NCBI GenBank assembly: GCA_040384485.1
Contig: JAZKJH010000004.1
Span: 5,928 to 69,927 of the forward strand
Reading direction: 5' to 3'
Origin: Patescibacteria group bacterium
Lineage (GTDB): Bacteria > Patescibacteriota > Minisyncoccia > Phycocordibacterales > DATDWN01
DNA length: 64,000 nucleotides
Position 1 is the stretch's first letter. The number at the start of each line of letters is the position of its first letter. The notes under the pieces are model-generated. The model had not been told where the DNA came from and did not search any database. It was given only the letters and a program-made list of their open reading frames with translations. A program made the position numbers and the translations under genes. Of the stretch, positions 8,837 through 17,933 are shown piece after piece.

Positions 8837-9371
8837 TATTAGATCTTAAGTACAGCAAAGATACGACTGCCATATATACAAATATAGTCAGTGACATAAA
8901 AGGTATGGTTATGTAACCGTACTCGAGCACATAAACCTTGGCACAATCGCCCCCTACTGAAACACAGTCTAATCCTGAAGAATTTATTCCCCAGTGTGCT
9001 AGGGATTGATAAAAAGCTATCGCAATGCCTATAAAGGTTAGTGGCAACATATACTTGATGACACTTCTGTTTCCTTTTAGCATTGCTATGAAAAAAACTA
9101 GAGCTTGTGGAAATAGTAATATTCTCTGTGCCCAACATAACTCACAAGGAGGAAAACCTACAATGTTTGAGTATGCCAAACTACCGACTACTGCACTTGC
9201 AGTAAGAGTAAACATTATTTGGAGAATGTACTTATTTATTAACTCCAAAACTTTATTTTTAAAAGTAGAATTAAATGCCATTCCCAACAATACTCCAACA
9301 AAAAGCAGGTTGGACAACAAGGTAAAAAATGCAATGACTGGAGTAATGCTTGTTTGTAAGAATTCAATCAT
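8826..9371 (-). CDS. dsbB: Disulfide bond formation protein B family
   Basis: Multi-TM; PPCELCWAQR and a second Cys pair; ITIPFMSL. Confidence 0.85.
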   Translation of the reverse strand: MIEFLQTSITPVIAFFTLLSNLLFVGVLLGMAFNSTFKNKVLELINKYILQIMFTLTASAVVGSLAYSNIVGFPPCELCWAQRILLFPQALVFFIAMLKGNRSVIKYMLPLTFIGIAIAFYQSLAHWGINSSGLDCVSVGGDCAKVYVLEYGYITIPFMSLTIFVYMAVVSLLYLRSNNAR

Positions 9372-9372
9372 A

Positions 9373-9756
9373 TTATTCTGGTAACTGACAATTAGTCTTT
9401 TCAGCAATCTGAGCTAGCTCTATTGTATTTCGAACTCTCTCAGTTGTAGTAGAACCTTCCACGATAAAGTCCCAGGTTGGATAAGAAACCACCCCAGCGT
9501 CTTTACATACCTGAAGCTGGCCCCTACTGTCGGGAGTGGAGCACTCAATATATGGCAAAAGCTTTGCTGATCTACCGAACATACCTTTCTGGTTCTGGCA
9601 ATGAGGGCACCAGAAGGCACCGTAGAACTTTGCACCGCTGTCTGTTACACACTGAGCAAAAGTGTCTAGTTTTCCTGGCTTAGCAGGGGCCTGAATAACA
9701 TACACAACCCCCGCAACAAACAGCACCGCTATAGCTATATAAATGTATTTTTTCAT
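9373..9756 (-). CDS. Membrane-anchored thioredoxin-like protein (resembles the VKOR-partner Trx domain)
   Basis: FYGAFWCPHCQNQK, YIEC, C-x-x-AGVVSYPTW. Confidence 0.85.
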   Translation of the reverse strand: MKKYIYIAIAVLFVAGVVYVIQAPAKPGKLDTFAQCVTDSGAKFYGAFWCPHCQNQKGMFGRSAKLLPYIECSTPDSRGQLQVCKDAGVVSYPTWDFIVEGSTTTERVRNTIELAQIAEKTNCQLPE

Positions 9757-9813
9757 AAATTTACTGTAATTATTATAAATCAAGATTAGCACAAAAACTG
9801 GTTTTTTTCTATT

Positions 9814-9857
9814 AAAAAAGCCTGGACAGTATGTGCGATTTGCACTTGTCCAGGCTT
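9814..9857 (-). terminator. Intrinsic terminator after the 9857..10459 gene
   Basis: AAGCCTGGACA...TGTCCAGGCTT stem followed by a T-run on the minus strand. Confidence 0.65.
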
Positions 9858-10459
9858 CAGATTACCACAAGATCTCGGTTCTTGAGTCTTTTTCTTTTTC
9901 GTCGCGGGAAGCTCTTCCACCTCCTAATTCTCCTGTCCTTTTTTAATTCCATCACGATATCTCTTCCGAGATTGTTGATGGCTTCCTCGGTACTGATGTG
10001 CTCCAGGGAAATAAGAACGTTAGCTTTCATGCCAAACATTCCTGTATCCAACCTGGTTACCTCACCCTTGATTTTTTGATTCAGAGATACATCAATAGAT
10101 GCGTCTGCACCCTCCCAAAAGACAAAAGCGTCCACACCATGCCAGTAATCCAACATGGTCCCCATAGCTAGGTAAATAGCTGGCCTGGACCTGACCCTTG
10201 ATCTCAAAATCCTTCGCGGGAGATGTTTCTCAACCGCGGCTAAGATTTTTTTGGCATACCCCCACCTAGGACTAGGATTGTAGGGGTCATAAACCTCCAG
10301 CTCACCTTCTTCGGTTTCGGTAATGAGTGGAGTATTCATTACTATCTCCAAACATTCATCATAGGGTCTGTAGTCTGGGATGTCTTCAAATTTGTCGTAA
10401 AAGCCGAAAACTCTTTGCTCGAACTGTAACCCTCTGGACACTCCTTGAAGAAATTCCAC
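9857..10459 (-). CDS. Hypothetical protein (possible PD-(D/E)XK-like fold)
   Basis: 200-aa ORF with GTG start, AAGGAGG SD and TTGACA-17-TATATT promoter; DYWHGVDAFV...SIDVS motif. Confidence 0.75.
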   Translation of the reverse strand: MEFLQGVSRGLQFEQRVFGFYDKFEDIPDYRPYDECLEIVMNTPLITETEEGELEVYDPYNPSPRWGYAKKILAAVEKHLPRRILRSRVRSRPAIYLAMGTMLDYWHGVDAFVFWEGADASIDVSLNQKIKGEVTRLDTGMFGMKANVLISLEHISTEEAINNLGRDIVMELKKDRRIRRWKSFPRRKRKRLKNRDLVVI

Positions 10460-10485
10460 CGCAACCTCCTTTCTTTTCTAGTTCG

Positions 10486-10514
10486 AATATACTCTGTAAA
10501 AAAATCCCTGTCAA
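10486..10514 (-). promoter_or_regulatory. Sigma70 promoter TTGACA-17-TATATT for the 9857..10459 gene
   Basis: Near-consensus hexamers with exact 17-nt spacing. Confidence 0.7.
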
Positions 10515-10588
10515 CTTACCGATACAGTGTTTTGACATACTTGTTGCCTATACAATTTCAATATGCTATCTTTTTTATAGAGGTAAAA

Positions 10589-10780
10589 ATGGAAACCAAA
10601 TTACAAAGTGCTCTGGGGTCATATCTCAAAGACAACCCTGGAAGTGAGAGGATACTTGCTGATGATCTACAAGTTGCAGTCCCAACAATCAATCGTTGGA
10701 AAAATGGCACTGCCCGGCCTGGTCCTCGATTGACCCAAGTAATTATTGACCATCTCCAAAACAAAACAAAAAGAGGATGA
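10589..10780 (+). CDS. Small XRE/Cro-like helix-turn-helix protein (63 aa)
   Basis: ERILADDLQVAVPTINRWKNGTARPG HTH signature; GAGGT SD before ATG 10589; TTGCCT-17-TATCTT upstream. Confidence 0.75.
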   Translation: METKLQSALGSYLKDNPGSERILADDLQVAVPTINRWKNGTARPGPRLTQVIIDHLQNKTKRG

Positions 10781-10796
10781 AATATCCTCTTTTTTC

Positions 10797-13274
10797 TTAT
10801 GCGCCGTGGCACTTCTTGTATTTTTTGCCTGAACCACAGTAACAGGGTTCATTACGTCCTATCTCACTTCCGTCTGGGGTAGTGTTAGTTTTTGAAGCTA
10901 CAGAAACTGGAGCCTCCTTTGTAACAGATTCTGCGGAATCTCTAGTTTCAACTAACTTTACTGGTTCATTGAAAATCTTTACTCCAGTTTGTATTTGAGA
11001 TACTGTTTTTATTATTTGCTCTTGTATAGCAGATTCCATTTCTTTAAACAGTTTCAGGCCTTCCTTTTTATACTCCACCAAAGGATCTCTTTGTCCATAA
11101 GCACGCAAGTTAACACTAGATCTCATGTAGTCCATAGTATCTAAATGCTCAACCCACAACATATCCATAGTTTGCAGAGCGACGCGTCTAGCCAAAGAAA
11201 TAAACTCTGTACCTAGGGCCATTTTTTCTTCTATAAGCTTTCTCTCATCCTCTGTAGCAACAGAAAGTATGCTGAATATATAATCCTTTACATCTTCATC
11301 TGTACCTACAAGTATCCCCCTCCTCCTCTCATAGAATATTTTTCTTTGAAAGTTTAAAACGTCGTCAAACTCTAAAACATGCTTTCTCGCATCAAAATTA
11401 AATCCTTCTATTTTCTCCTGAGCACTCTCGAGTGATCGAGTTATCATTTTATTTTCTATCGGTTCATCTTCTTTTAGACCAAGTTTGCCCATCATGTTTT
11501 TTAGGGTCGGACTAGCGAACACTCGCATCAGATGATCATCTAATGATACAAAAAACTGAGTCTCTCCAGGATCTCCTTGTCTTCCGGAACGCCCTCGAAG
11601 CTGGTTATCTATTCTTCGAGCATCATGCCTCTCTGTTCCCAAAACAAACAAACCGCCAAGAGACTTAACTTTTTCATAGTCTTCTAGTGAACCCGGATTA
11701 CCTCCCAGCTTCACATCCACACCTCGTCCTGCCATGTTTGTAGCGATAGTTACCGCACCCACTCTACCAGCCTGAGCCACTATCTCTCCTTCTCGCCCAT
11801 GGTTCTTAGCGTTCAAAATCTCATGAGGAACACCTTCTGTTCTCAAATATTCAGAAAGTAGCTCATTTTTTTCAATAGAAACCGTACCTATCAAGACCGG
11901 CTGACCGTTCTTGTGTCTTGCACTCACTTCCCGAGCAATAGCCTTAAACTTCCCTGCTTCAGACTGAAAAATCAAGTCGTTATGATCCTTTCTAGCAATA
12001 GGTCTGTTGGTTGTAATCTGAACAACTTTCAGTCCATATACTTTATAAAACTCCTCCTTAGAAGTCTCTGCGGTTCCGGTCATACCGGCTAGTTTTTTAT
12101 ACAACCTGAAATAATTTTGAAATGTAATAGACGCAAAAGTTTTTGATTCTTTTTGCACTGACACACCTTCCTTCGCTTCTATAGCTTGGTGCAAACCTTC
12201 TGACCATCGTCTCCCAGGCTGAAGTCGCCCAGTAAACTCATCTACCACAATTATTTCATTATCTTTCACTACATACTCTTTATCTTTATGGAATAAAGCC
12301 CGAGCTCTAACAGCAGTTTCCAGATGGTGCACATACTTAATACCTTTTTCTGTGTATATATTGTCTATACCCAGTAACTCCTCTGCTTTACTTATGCCTG
12401 AGTCAGTTAATGATATAGACTTAAATTTTTCGTCTACTGTGTAGTGCTCTCCACTTTCTAACTGACTACTGATTTTTGCAAAAGTACCATACAAATCCTC
12501 CGACTCAACAGTAGGTGCAGAGATGATGAGGGGGGTTCTTGCTTCGTCTATTAATATAGAGTCGATTTCGTCCACTATTGCATAAGCATATTCCCTCTGT
12601 CGCAATTTAGCTGAGTCGTATTCCAAATTATCTCTTAAGTAATCGAAACCAAACTCATTGTTAGTTCCATACGTGATATCTGCTTCATAGGCTTGCTTTC
12701 TTGTAACTGGTTTTAGAAAGTCTTCGATCACCTTGAAGGACGCAACTTCATCTCGAGTTTTATCTAGTTCCTTATGGGCAGGGTCATACAAAAAAGATTC
12801 ATCATGATTTATCACTCCGATAGACAATCCTAGGAAAGAATAAATCTCTCCCATCCATACAGCATCTCTTCGAGACAAATAGTCATTTACAGTAACAACA
12901 TGCACTCCGTTTCCAGTAAGTGCATTCAAATATACCGGTAGTGTTGCCACAAGAGTTTTTCCCTCTCCTGTTCTCATCTCCCCAATCATTCCTTTATGTA
13001 AAACTATTCCACCCAAAAGTTGTACATCAAAATGCCTTTCATTCCTACATCTCTTGCCGGCTTCTCTAACAACAGCATAAGCTTCAGGCAACAAGTCATC
13101 CAAACTCTCCCCATTTTGAAGCCTTTTTTTAAATTCAGTAGTTTTTTCTTTAAGTTCAGAGTCAGATAATGCCGAAATAGCGCTCTCCTTAGCGTTTATT
13201 TGATCCACTATAGGCTGGTACTCCTTCAATATCTTGTCGGATTCCTTGCCAAAAATTTTATCTAAAAATGACAT
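10797..13274 (-). CDS. secA: Preprotein translocase subunit SecA
   Basis: MRTGEGKT, IVDEIDSILIDEARTPLIIS, ATNMAGRG, RIDNQLRGRSGRQGDPG, C-terminal SEC-C GRNEPCYCGSGKKYKKCHG. Confidence 0.98.
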   Translation of the reverse strand: MSFLDKIFGKESDKILKEYQPIVDQINAKESAISALSDSELKEKTTEFKKRLQNGESLDDLLPEAYAVVREAGKRCRNERHFDVQLLGGIVLHKGMIGEMRTGEGKTLVATLPVYLNALTGNGVHVVTVNDYLSRRDAVWMGEIYSFLGLSIGVINHDESFLYDPAHKELDKTRDEVASFKVIEDFLKPVTRKQAYEADITYGTNNEFGFDYLRDNLEYDSAKLRQREYAYAIVDEIDSILIDEARTPLIISAPTVESEDLYGTFAKISSQLESGEHYTVDEKFKSISLTDSGISKAEELLGIDNIYTEKGIKYVHHLETAVRARALFHKDKEYVVKDNEIIVVDEFTGRLQPGRRWSEGLHQAIEAKEGVSVQKESKTFASITFQNYFRLYKKLAGMTGTAETSKEEFYKVYGLKVVQITTNRPIARKDHNDLIFQSEAGKFKAIAREVSARHKNGQPVLIGTVSIEKNELLSEYLRTEGVPHEILNAKNHGREGEIVAQAGRVGAVTIATNMAGRGVDVKLGGNPGSLEDYEKVKSLGGLFVLGTERHDARRIDNQLRGRSGRQGDPGETQFFVSLDDHLMRVFASPTLKNMMGKLGLKEDEPIENKMITRSLESAQEKIEGFNFDARKHVLEFDDVLNFQRKIFYERRRGILVGTDEDVKDYIFSILSVATEDERKLIEEKMALGTEFISLARRVALQTMDMLWVEHLDTMDYMRSSVNLRAYGQRDPLVEYKKEGLKLFKEMESAIQEQIIKTVSQIQTGVKIFNEPVKLVETRDSAESVTKEAPVSVASKTNTTPDGSEIGRNEPCYCGSGKKYKKCHGA

Positions 13275-13314
13275 ATAGATAGGCATTATAGCATAAAAAA
13301 AGAACCGTAAAAAC

Positions 13315-13337
13315 AAAAACCTCTATGCGAGGTTTTT
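13315..13337 (-). terminator. Terminator after the Lys-rich micro-ORF
   Basis: AAAAACCTC-TATGC-GAGGTTTTT. Confidence 0.65.
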
Positions 13338-13364
13338 GAAATCTTACGATTTTGCTTACAAAGA

Positions 13365-13439
13365 TTAAGCTCTTTTCTTTGCTTTTGCTTTCTTCTTTGG
13401 TGCTGCTTTTTTCTTTGTAGCTTTCTTTTTTGCTGCCAT
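13365..13439 (-). CDS. 24-aa Lys/Ala-rich histone-H1-like micro-protein (not in ORF track)
   Basis: MAAKKKATKKKAAPKKKAKAKKRA*; own TATAAT (13535-13540) and downstream terminator. Confidence 0.7.
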   Translation of the reverse strand: MAAKKKATKKKAAPKKKAKAKKRA

Positions 13440-13580
13440 GATATTTTTTGGTCGAATGTTTTGTGACAAACATCCAACTGAAATTATTTTTTTAAAGTTC
13501 GCAACGATTAATTCGTTGTTTCCGACCTACGATAATTATATTACAGAAAAAACTTTTTTAAATATTTTTTGTGAAAAAAG

Positions 13581-13589
13581 TGTGGATAA
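13581..13589 (-). promoter_or_regulatory. Perfect DnaA box (TTATCCACA)
   Basis: TGTGGATAA in an AT-rich intergenic region. Confidence 0.4.
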
Positions 13590-13634
13590 CTTTTTTTATT
13601 TCTAAAATAAAAATAAATTTTATTTTAGAAATAA

Positions 13635-13666
13635 AAAAACTTTCTGAAGTTTTTCAGAAAGTTTTT
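13635..13666 (-). terminator. Terminator after the O-antigen-ligase-like gene
   Basis: AAAAACTTTCTGAA-GTTT-TTCAGAAAGTTTTT. Confidence 0.6.
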
Positions 13667-13695
13667 ATCTAATCTATACTTTAATCAACACTCCC

Positions 13696-15882
13696 CTAAC
13701 TATTCTGTATCTGTTGGATAAACTTCTCTCCGTCCTCTTTCCAACTTGGTTGTGCGATTATTATTTCCCTAATCAATTTTATCGCATTTTGTTTTTGTCC
13801 AACATTATTATACGCAGCCGCCAAAGAAAGCTTGGCTTGTAGGTCTTGTGGGTTATTCTCAACTCTTTTCTGCAGAATAGCTATAACACTAGGGTAATCT
13901 CCCATATCCGCGTATGCTTTCAAAACTCTGGCGTCATTTATAAGGGGGTTTGTATCCACAAGACTCAACATCTCATTTGCAACCTCTGCATTTTTCGTAT
14001 ATATCGCTCCTACTAGATATATGAGTCTAGACTCGGTGGCTGAAGGTTTAAACTCGTACGCTTGTTTAAATAACTCCATCATTTTCTCTGTATTACCCAA
14101 CCCTAGATATGTAGAACCAGATTCAAAATATATACTTTGTTTCTTTGGTGACTCTACTCTCGCTCTATCCATATATTTCAATGCCTCTTCGTACATCCCG
14201 AAGCGGTTGAAGAAGCTCCCCGCAAAAACTAGGTACCGAGCGTCATTTGGTTGGCTTGCCACCTTTTCTTCCAGCTTTTGTTTGGTGTAATCAAAAAATT
14301 GTTGTTTTACTTCCTGACTTGCTTGACCTTGAGGAGACGATATTTGGACCGTGACTTGAGTCAACTGTTCTACCGCTTCCCCATTACCAAAAGAATTATA
14401 TGAGAAAGCTTTTTTGAACAAATCTAAATTCTCAGAAACATTACCGTTTGCTGGAGGACGTATAGCTTCTATTAAAGTAAAGTTTGCAGACATAGCTGGT
14501 ACGTTTACAAAGTAAATAACAAGTATAGTTCCAACTGTTGCTACAGGGACTACAACATATTTGAGAATGTCAGGTTTAAAGCTTTTTGTATAAAACTTTC
14601 CTTTATGTTCCACTCCAACCTGAGAAAATTGATGAACGTATGCCAGGATAGTAAAGAACAGCATGTAACTAATAAGATTGTCGAACACAAACAAGTTGTG
14701 GAACACATAAGCCATGACCACAGCTGTAAGTATTCCTTTTTCGTATACACCGAAACCTCCTCCCCTTCTCCAAAGGTAATAAAAGAATGCAAAGTATATA
14801 GATAAGTAAGATAGGAGTCCTAATATTCCTCCAGCAATCAGCCAATCAAGTACCAGGTTATGAGTGCGGTCAAACCACTCCTCTTGTCCAAAAAGATTTG
14901 GGTCATAGTACTTATTAAAAACAAAGTTAAAGTTTTCCTGTCCCCAACCAAGCAATGGTCTTTCTTTAAAACCCTCTATAGCCATCGGCCAAACATAATA
15001 TCTACCTTGAGTTTTTATCTCGGTAGGACTCAAGGTTACAAACCTAGACAAAACTGGATGTGTTTTTGCGTACTCAGTATTCTTAATTGAAACAAAGACA
15101 CCCAACACCACTAAAACTAAAGCAAAAATTCCGTAAGCAAAGTTTCTGATTTTTTTATTATTTCTCTCTTTCCAAATAAGTATTAACCCAAAAAGTGCTA
15201 GCCCGCCTATAAATCCTAGTATTGCCCCTCTGGTTGCAGTGTAATAAAGAATTATAGTTTGTAGCGCAGCAGCAATACCATAAAACCACTTCTGCCATTT
15301 CTCTTTTGCACCCGTAAAGAGCATGAGAAGTGACAGAAAAATACCGAACACCATATACATTGCCAAGTAAGAGGCATTCCCCATAGTTCCATCGACTCTC
15401 TCTCCACCTTGATTTATTTTTAAGGCACCAGACAACTGAACAAAGCCATAAAAAGCCATTATCAGACTAGCTATAATATTTGTATTTATGAAGCTGTGCC
15501 AAATATTTTTGGTTTTGAAAAAGGATGAAAGTACAAGATAGTAAAGACCCAAGTGGGCTAACAATACAAAACCTTCCATTCTTTCGTAGTTACTCCAGAA
15601 ACTTTTGTATGAGTTCTCACCAAGCAAGTCAGCAACAAATATAATAGCGATAAATGCCAAGATGCTTTTTGTTAACCAGGAGAATTGAGGTCGATAGTCT
15701 TTGTCTATAAAAGCCAGCGCAACATAAAGGCCAAATAAAATTTCCACCAATATCCTAAAAGTAAAACCTTTGCCTGATATAAAAGGAAAAAACATATTGT
15801 CTGGAACTATAAACACTATGAATGGCATCACGAACAGGCCTGCTGTAATCGTGTATTTAATAACGTTTTGTATTGTTTGCAT
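13696..15882 (-). CDS. O-antigen ligase (Wzy_C)-family protein with C-terminal TPR-like repeats
   Basis: Many TMs; GTMGNASYLA, TATRGA, RPLLGWGQENF, DRTHNLVLD motifs; helical TPR-like tail; start 8 nt after TGnTATACT. Confidence 0.88.
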   Translation of the reverse strand: MQTIQNVIKYTITAGLFVMPFIVFIVPDNMFFPFISGKGFTFRILVEILFGLYVALAFIDKDYRPQFSWLTKSILAFIAIIFVADLLGENSYKSFWSNYERMEGFVLLAHLGLYYLVLSSFFKTKNIWHSFINTNIIASLIMAFYGFVQLSGALKINQGGERVDGTMGNASYLAMYMVFGIFLSLLMLFTGAKEKWQKWFYGIAAALQTIILYYTATRGAILGFIGGLALFGLILIWKERNNKKIRNFAYGIFALVLVVLGVFVSIKNTEYAKTHPVLSRFVTLSPTEIKTQGRYYVWPMAIEGFKERPLLGWGQENFNFVFNKYYDPNLFGQEEWFDRTHNLVLDWLIAGGILGLLSYLSIYFAFFYYLWRRGGGFGVYEKGILTAVVMAYVFHNLFVFDNLISYMLFFTILAYVHQFSQVGVEHKGKFYTKSFKPDILKYVVVPVATVGTILVIYFVNVPAMSANFTLIEAIRPPANGNVSENLDLFKKAFSYNSFGNGEAVEQLTQVTVQISSPQGQASQEVKQQFFDYTKQKLEEKVASQPNDARYLVFAGSFFNRFGMYEEALKYMDRARVESPKKQSIYFESGSTYLGLGNTEKMMELFKQAYEFKPSATESRLIYLVGAIYTKNAEVANEMLSLVDTNPLINDARVLKAYADMGDYPSVIAILQKRVENNPQDLQAKLSLAAAYNNVGQKQNAIKLIREIIIAQPSWKEDGEKFIQQIQNS

Positions 15883-15957
15883 ATGGAGAAAGTATAACAA
15901 ATGGTGCAAGACCCTGCTAGTAAAAGGGCGTAAAATGAGCTAAAATCAGCTTACATT

Positions 15958-17226
15958 ATGCAAAGACTAAAAAGTCGCGGACTATTGGGCCTAAAATGGC
16001 TCGGGGCGTATTTTGAAACAGATGCAGTCTATATAGCAAAAAGTAGCTTTTGGCTTACCCTTGGGCAAGTCTCCTCTGCTATTATTGCCCTACTCTCTTC
16101 TGTCTTCTTTGCTAACTATGTAGACAAAGACATCTACGGACAATACAAGTTCGTTCTTTCACTAACCGGCATACTCGGAGCGTTATCACTTACTGGGATG
16201 GGCTCTGTAGTGGTCCAAGCAGTAGCGAAGGGCGCAGAAGGCATACTTAAGGACTCTGTACGAGTATCTCTACGCTGGGGTGTTTTTATCTTGTTTTTTG
16301 GATTATGTGGTTCAGGGTACTATTTCTTCAATGACAACAATGTACTTGGAACATCACTACTTATAGCTTCTATCGCTATGCCGCTCATGAACGCTTTTGG
16401 TTTATATGGCGGACTCTTTAGTGGACGAAAAAACTTCAAGTTGTCGACTTTGTATTGGCTAGCTACACAAAGTCTTACAACCATAGGTCTTGTGGTTTCA
16501 GCGATATATACACAAAGTGTAGTCTCACTTATTTTTATATATTTCGCTGTAAGTACTTTATGTGCACTATATGGATATTATCGTGTCATAACAAAATATA
16601 AGCCAAATGAAGTTCGAGATGGAACCATGATCCCCTACGGCAAACACATGAGTCTCATGAACCTTTTTGGTACACTAGCCAACCAATTAGATAAAGTCCT
16701 AGTCTTCCACTACCTTGGTGCTGTAAACCTAGCCATTTATTCTTTCTCCCAAGCCATCCCTGAACAAATCAAAGGAAGTTTTAAAAACCTTTTTGCTATA
16801 GCTCTGCCAAAATACGCTGTGCTAAGCGACCACGACCTACGAAAAAGTATTTTGAAAAAGACCGGCCAACTAACTGGCATCACTCTAATAATAGTTCTGG
16901 GATACATAGTATGTGCACCACTTGTTTTCAAAATACTTTTTCCAAAATACACAGAGGCTGTTATATACTCACAGATCTACGCTCTGGGCCTTTTGGCTAT
17001 CCCAGGTATCTCACTTTTCGCTACCTACTTCCAGCTGAAAAAAGCTACGAGGACTATGTATAAACTAACAGTGATAAGTAACACTGTAACCATCGCACTA
17101 ACTCTTGTTCTAGTATACAAATTTGGACTAAAAGGAGCTGTGATAGAAAACGGTCTGTCTTGGCTCACTATGCTCGCAGTAAACTACTATTTCTTTGCAA
17201 CTCACAAAGAAACTATTTCTTCCTAA
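15958..17226 (+). CDS. Oligosaccharide flippase (Wzx/MOP family)
   Basis: About 12 TM; YGQYKFVLS, NQLDKVLVFHYLG..LAIYS, FGLKGA. Confidence 0.88.
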   Translation: MQRLKSRGLLGLKWLGAYFETDAVYIAKSSFWLTLGQVSSAIIALLSSVFFANYVDKDIYGQYKFVLSLTGILGALSLTGMGSVVVQAVAKGAEGILKDSVRVSLRWGVFILFFGLCGSGYYFFNDNNVLGTSLLIASIAMPLMNAFGLYGGLFSGRKNFKLSTLYWLATQSLTTIGLVVSAIYTQSVVSLIFIYFAVSTLCALYGYYRVITKYKPNEVRDGTMIPYGKHMSLMNLFGTLANQLDKVLVFHYLGAVNLAIYSFSQAIPEQIKGSFKNLFAIALPKYAVLSDHDLRKSILKKTGQLTGITLIIVLGYIVCAPLVFKILFPKYTEAVIYSQIYALGLLAIPGISLFATYFQLKKATRTMYKLTVISNTVTIALTLVLVYKFGLKGAVIENGLSWLTMLAVNYYFFATHKETISS

Positions 17227-17932
17227 GTAAATATACTTTTTCGTGGAATAAGTTTGGAACGATATTTTTAAATATACTTTCTACTATCGGCTGTATTTTT
17301 CTAGCCAACCTTGGAAACGCCCATAATTTTGGGATAAACAACCCATAAGGATACTCTTCCAATACCTCAAAATGTTCTTCTAACATCTTTTTATATTGTG
17401 AGTAAGTTCTATAGTCTTTGTAATATGGTTTGTTATAAGTTTTTAACTTAGCATATATTGATTTAGAAGAAGCTGCTGTACAGATATATAAACCACCCCT
17501 CTTTATTCTCCTATCCAGGAAAGCCATCTCATTATCGAAAATCCCAGCAGATAAATACCCTGTAGCCAAGACAATATCAAACTCCACTTCTGGACACTCA
17601 TTTTTAACAAAGAAAGAAAATTTCTTGTCCTCTCCTGAAAGTTTCTGTGCCTGAATTACCATATCTGGAGCAATGTCTGTCCCTACAATTTTTGAAAAAA
17701 CATTGGGAAAAAATTTATCAACACTTCTCGAGATTATCCCGTCTGCACAAGCAATATCCAAAAGCAACAAATCTTTTTTGTCTTTTGTAATACCTCTTAG
17801 TATTTGAAAAACTATGTCTCGCCTTTTGTTGAAAAAAAACTTAACATAAGTATCTATGTGTTTGTCGTATCTTTTATTAGAATACTGAGAACTTTCCTGA
17901 TTGTAGTAACCGACTATATTATATTCGTCCAT
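17213..17932 (-). CDS. Class I SAM-dependent methyltransferase
   Basis: LLDIACADG motif I, GTDIAPDMV. Confidence 0.85.
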   Translation of the reverse strand: MDEYNIVGYYNQESSQYSNKRYDKHIDTYVKFFFNKRRDIVFQILRGITKDKKDLLLLDIACADGIISRSVDKFFPNVFSKIVGTDIAPDMVIQAQKLSGEDKKFSFFVKNECPEVEFDIVLATGYLSAGIFDNEMAFLDRRIKRGGLYICTAASSKSIYAKLKTYNKPYYKDYRTYSQYKKMLEEHFEVLEEYPYGLFIPKLWAFPRLARKIQPIVESIFKNIVPNLFHEKVYLLRKK

Positions 17933-17933
17933 A

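Noticed and set aside
13258-13477. ORF-track 71-aa and 63-aa ORFs
   Set aside because: Alternative frames over the 24-aa Lys/Ala ORF; they run through its terminator
13540-13690. Replication origin
   Set aside because: Only one perfect DnaA box, no dnaA/dnaN nearby, and skew cannot be evaluated here
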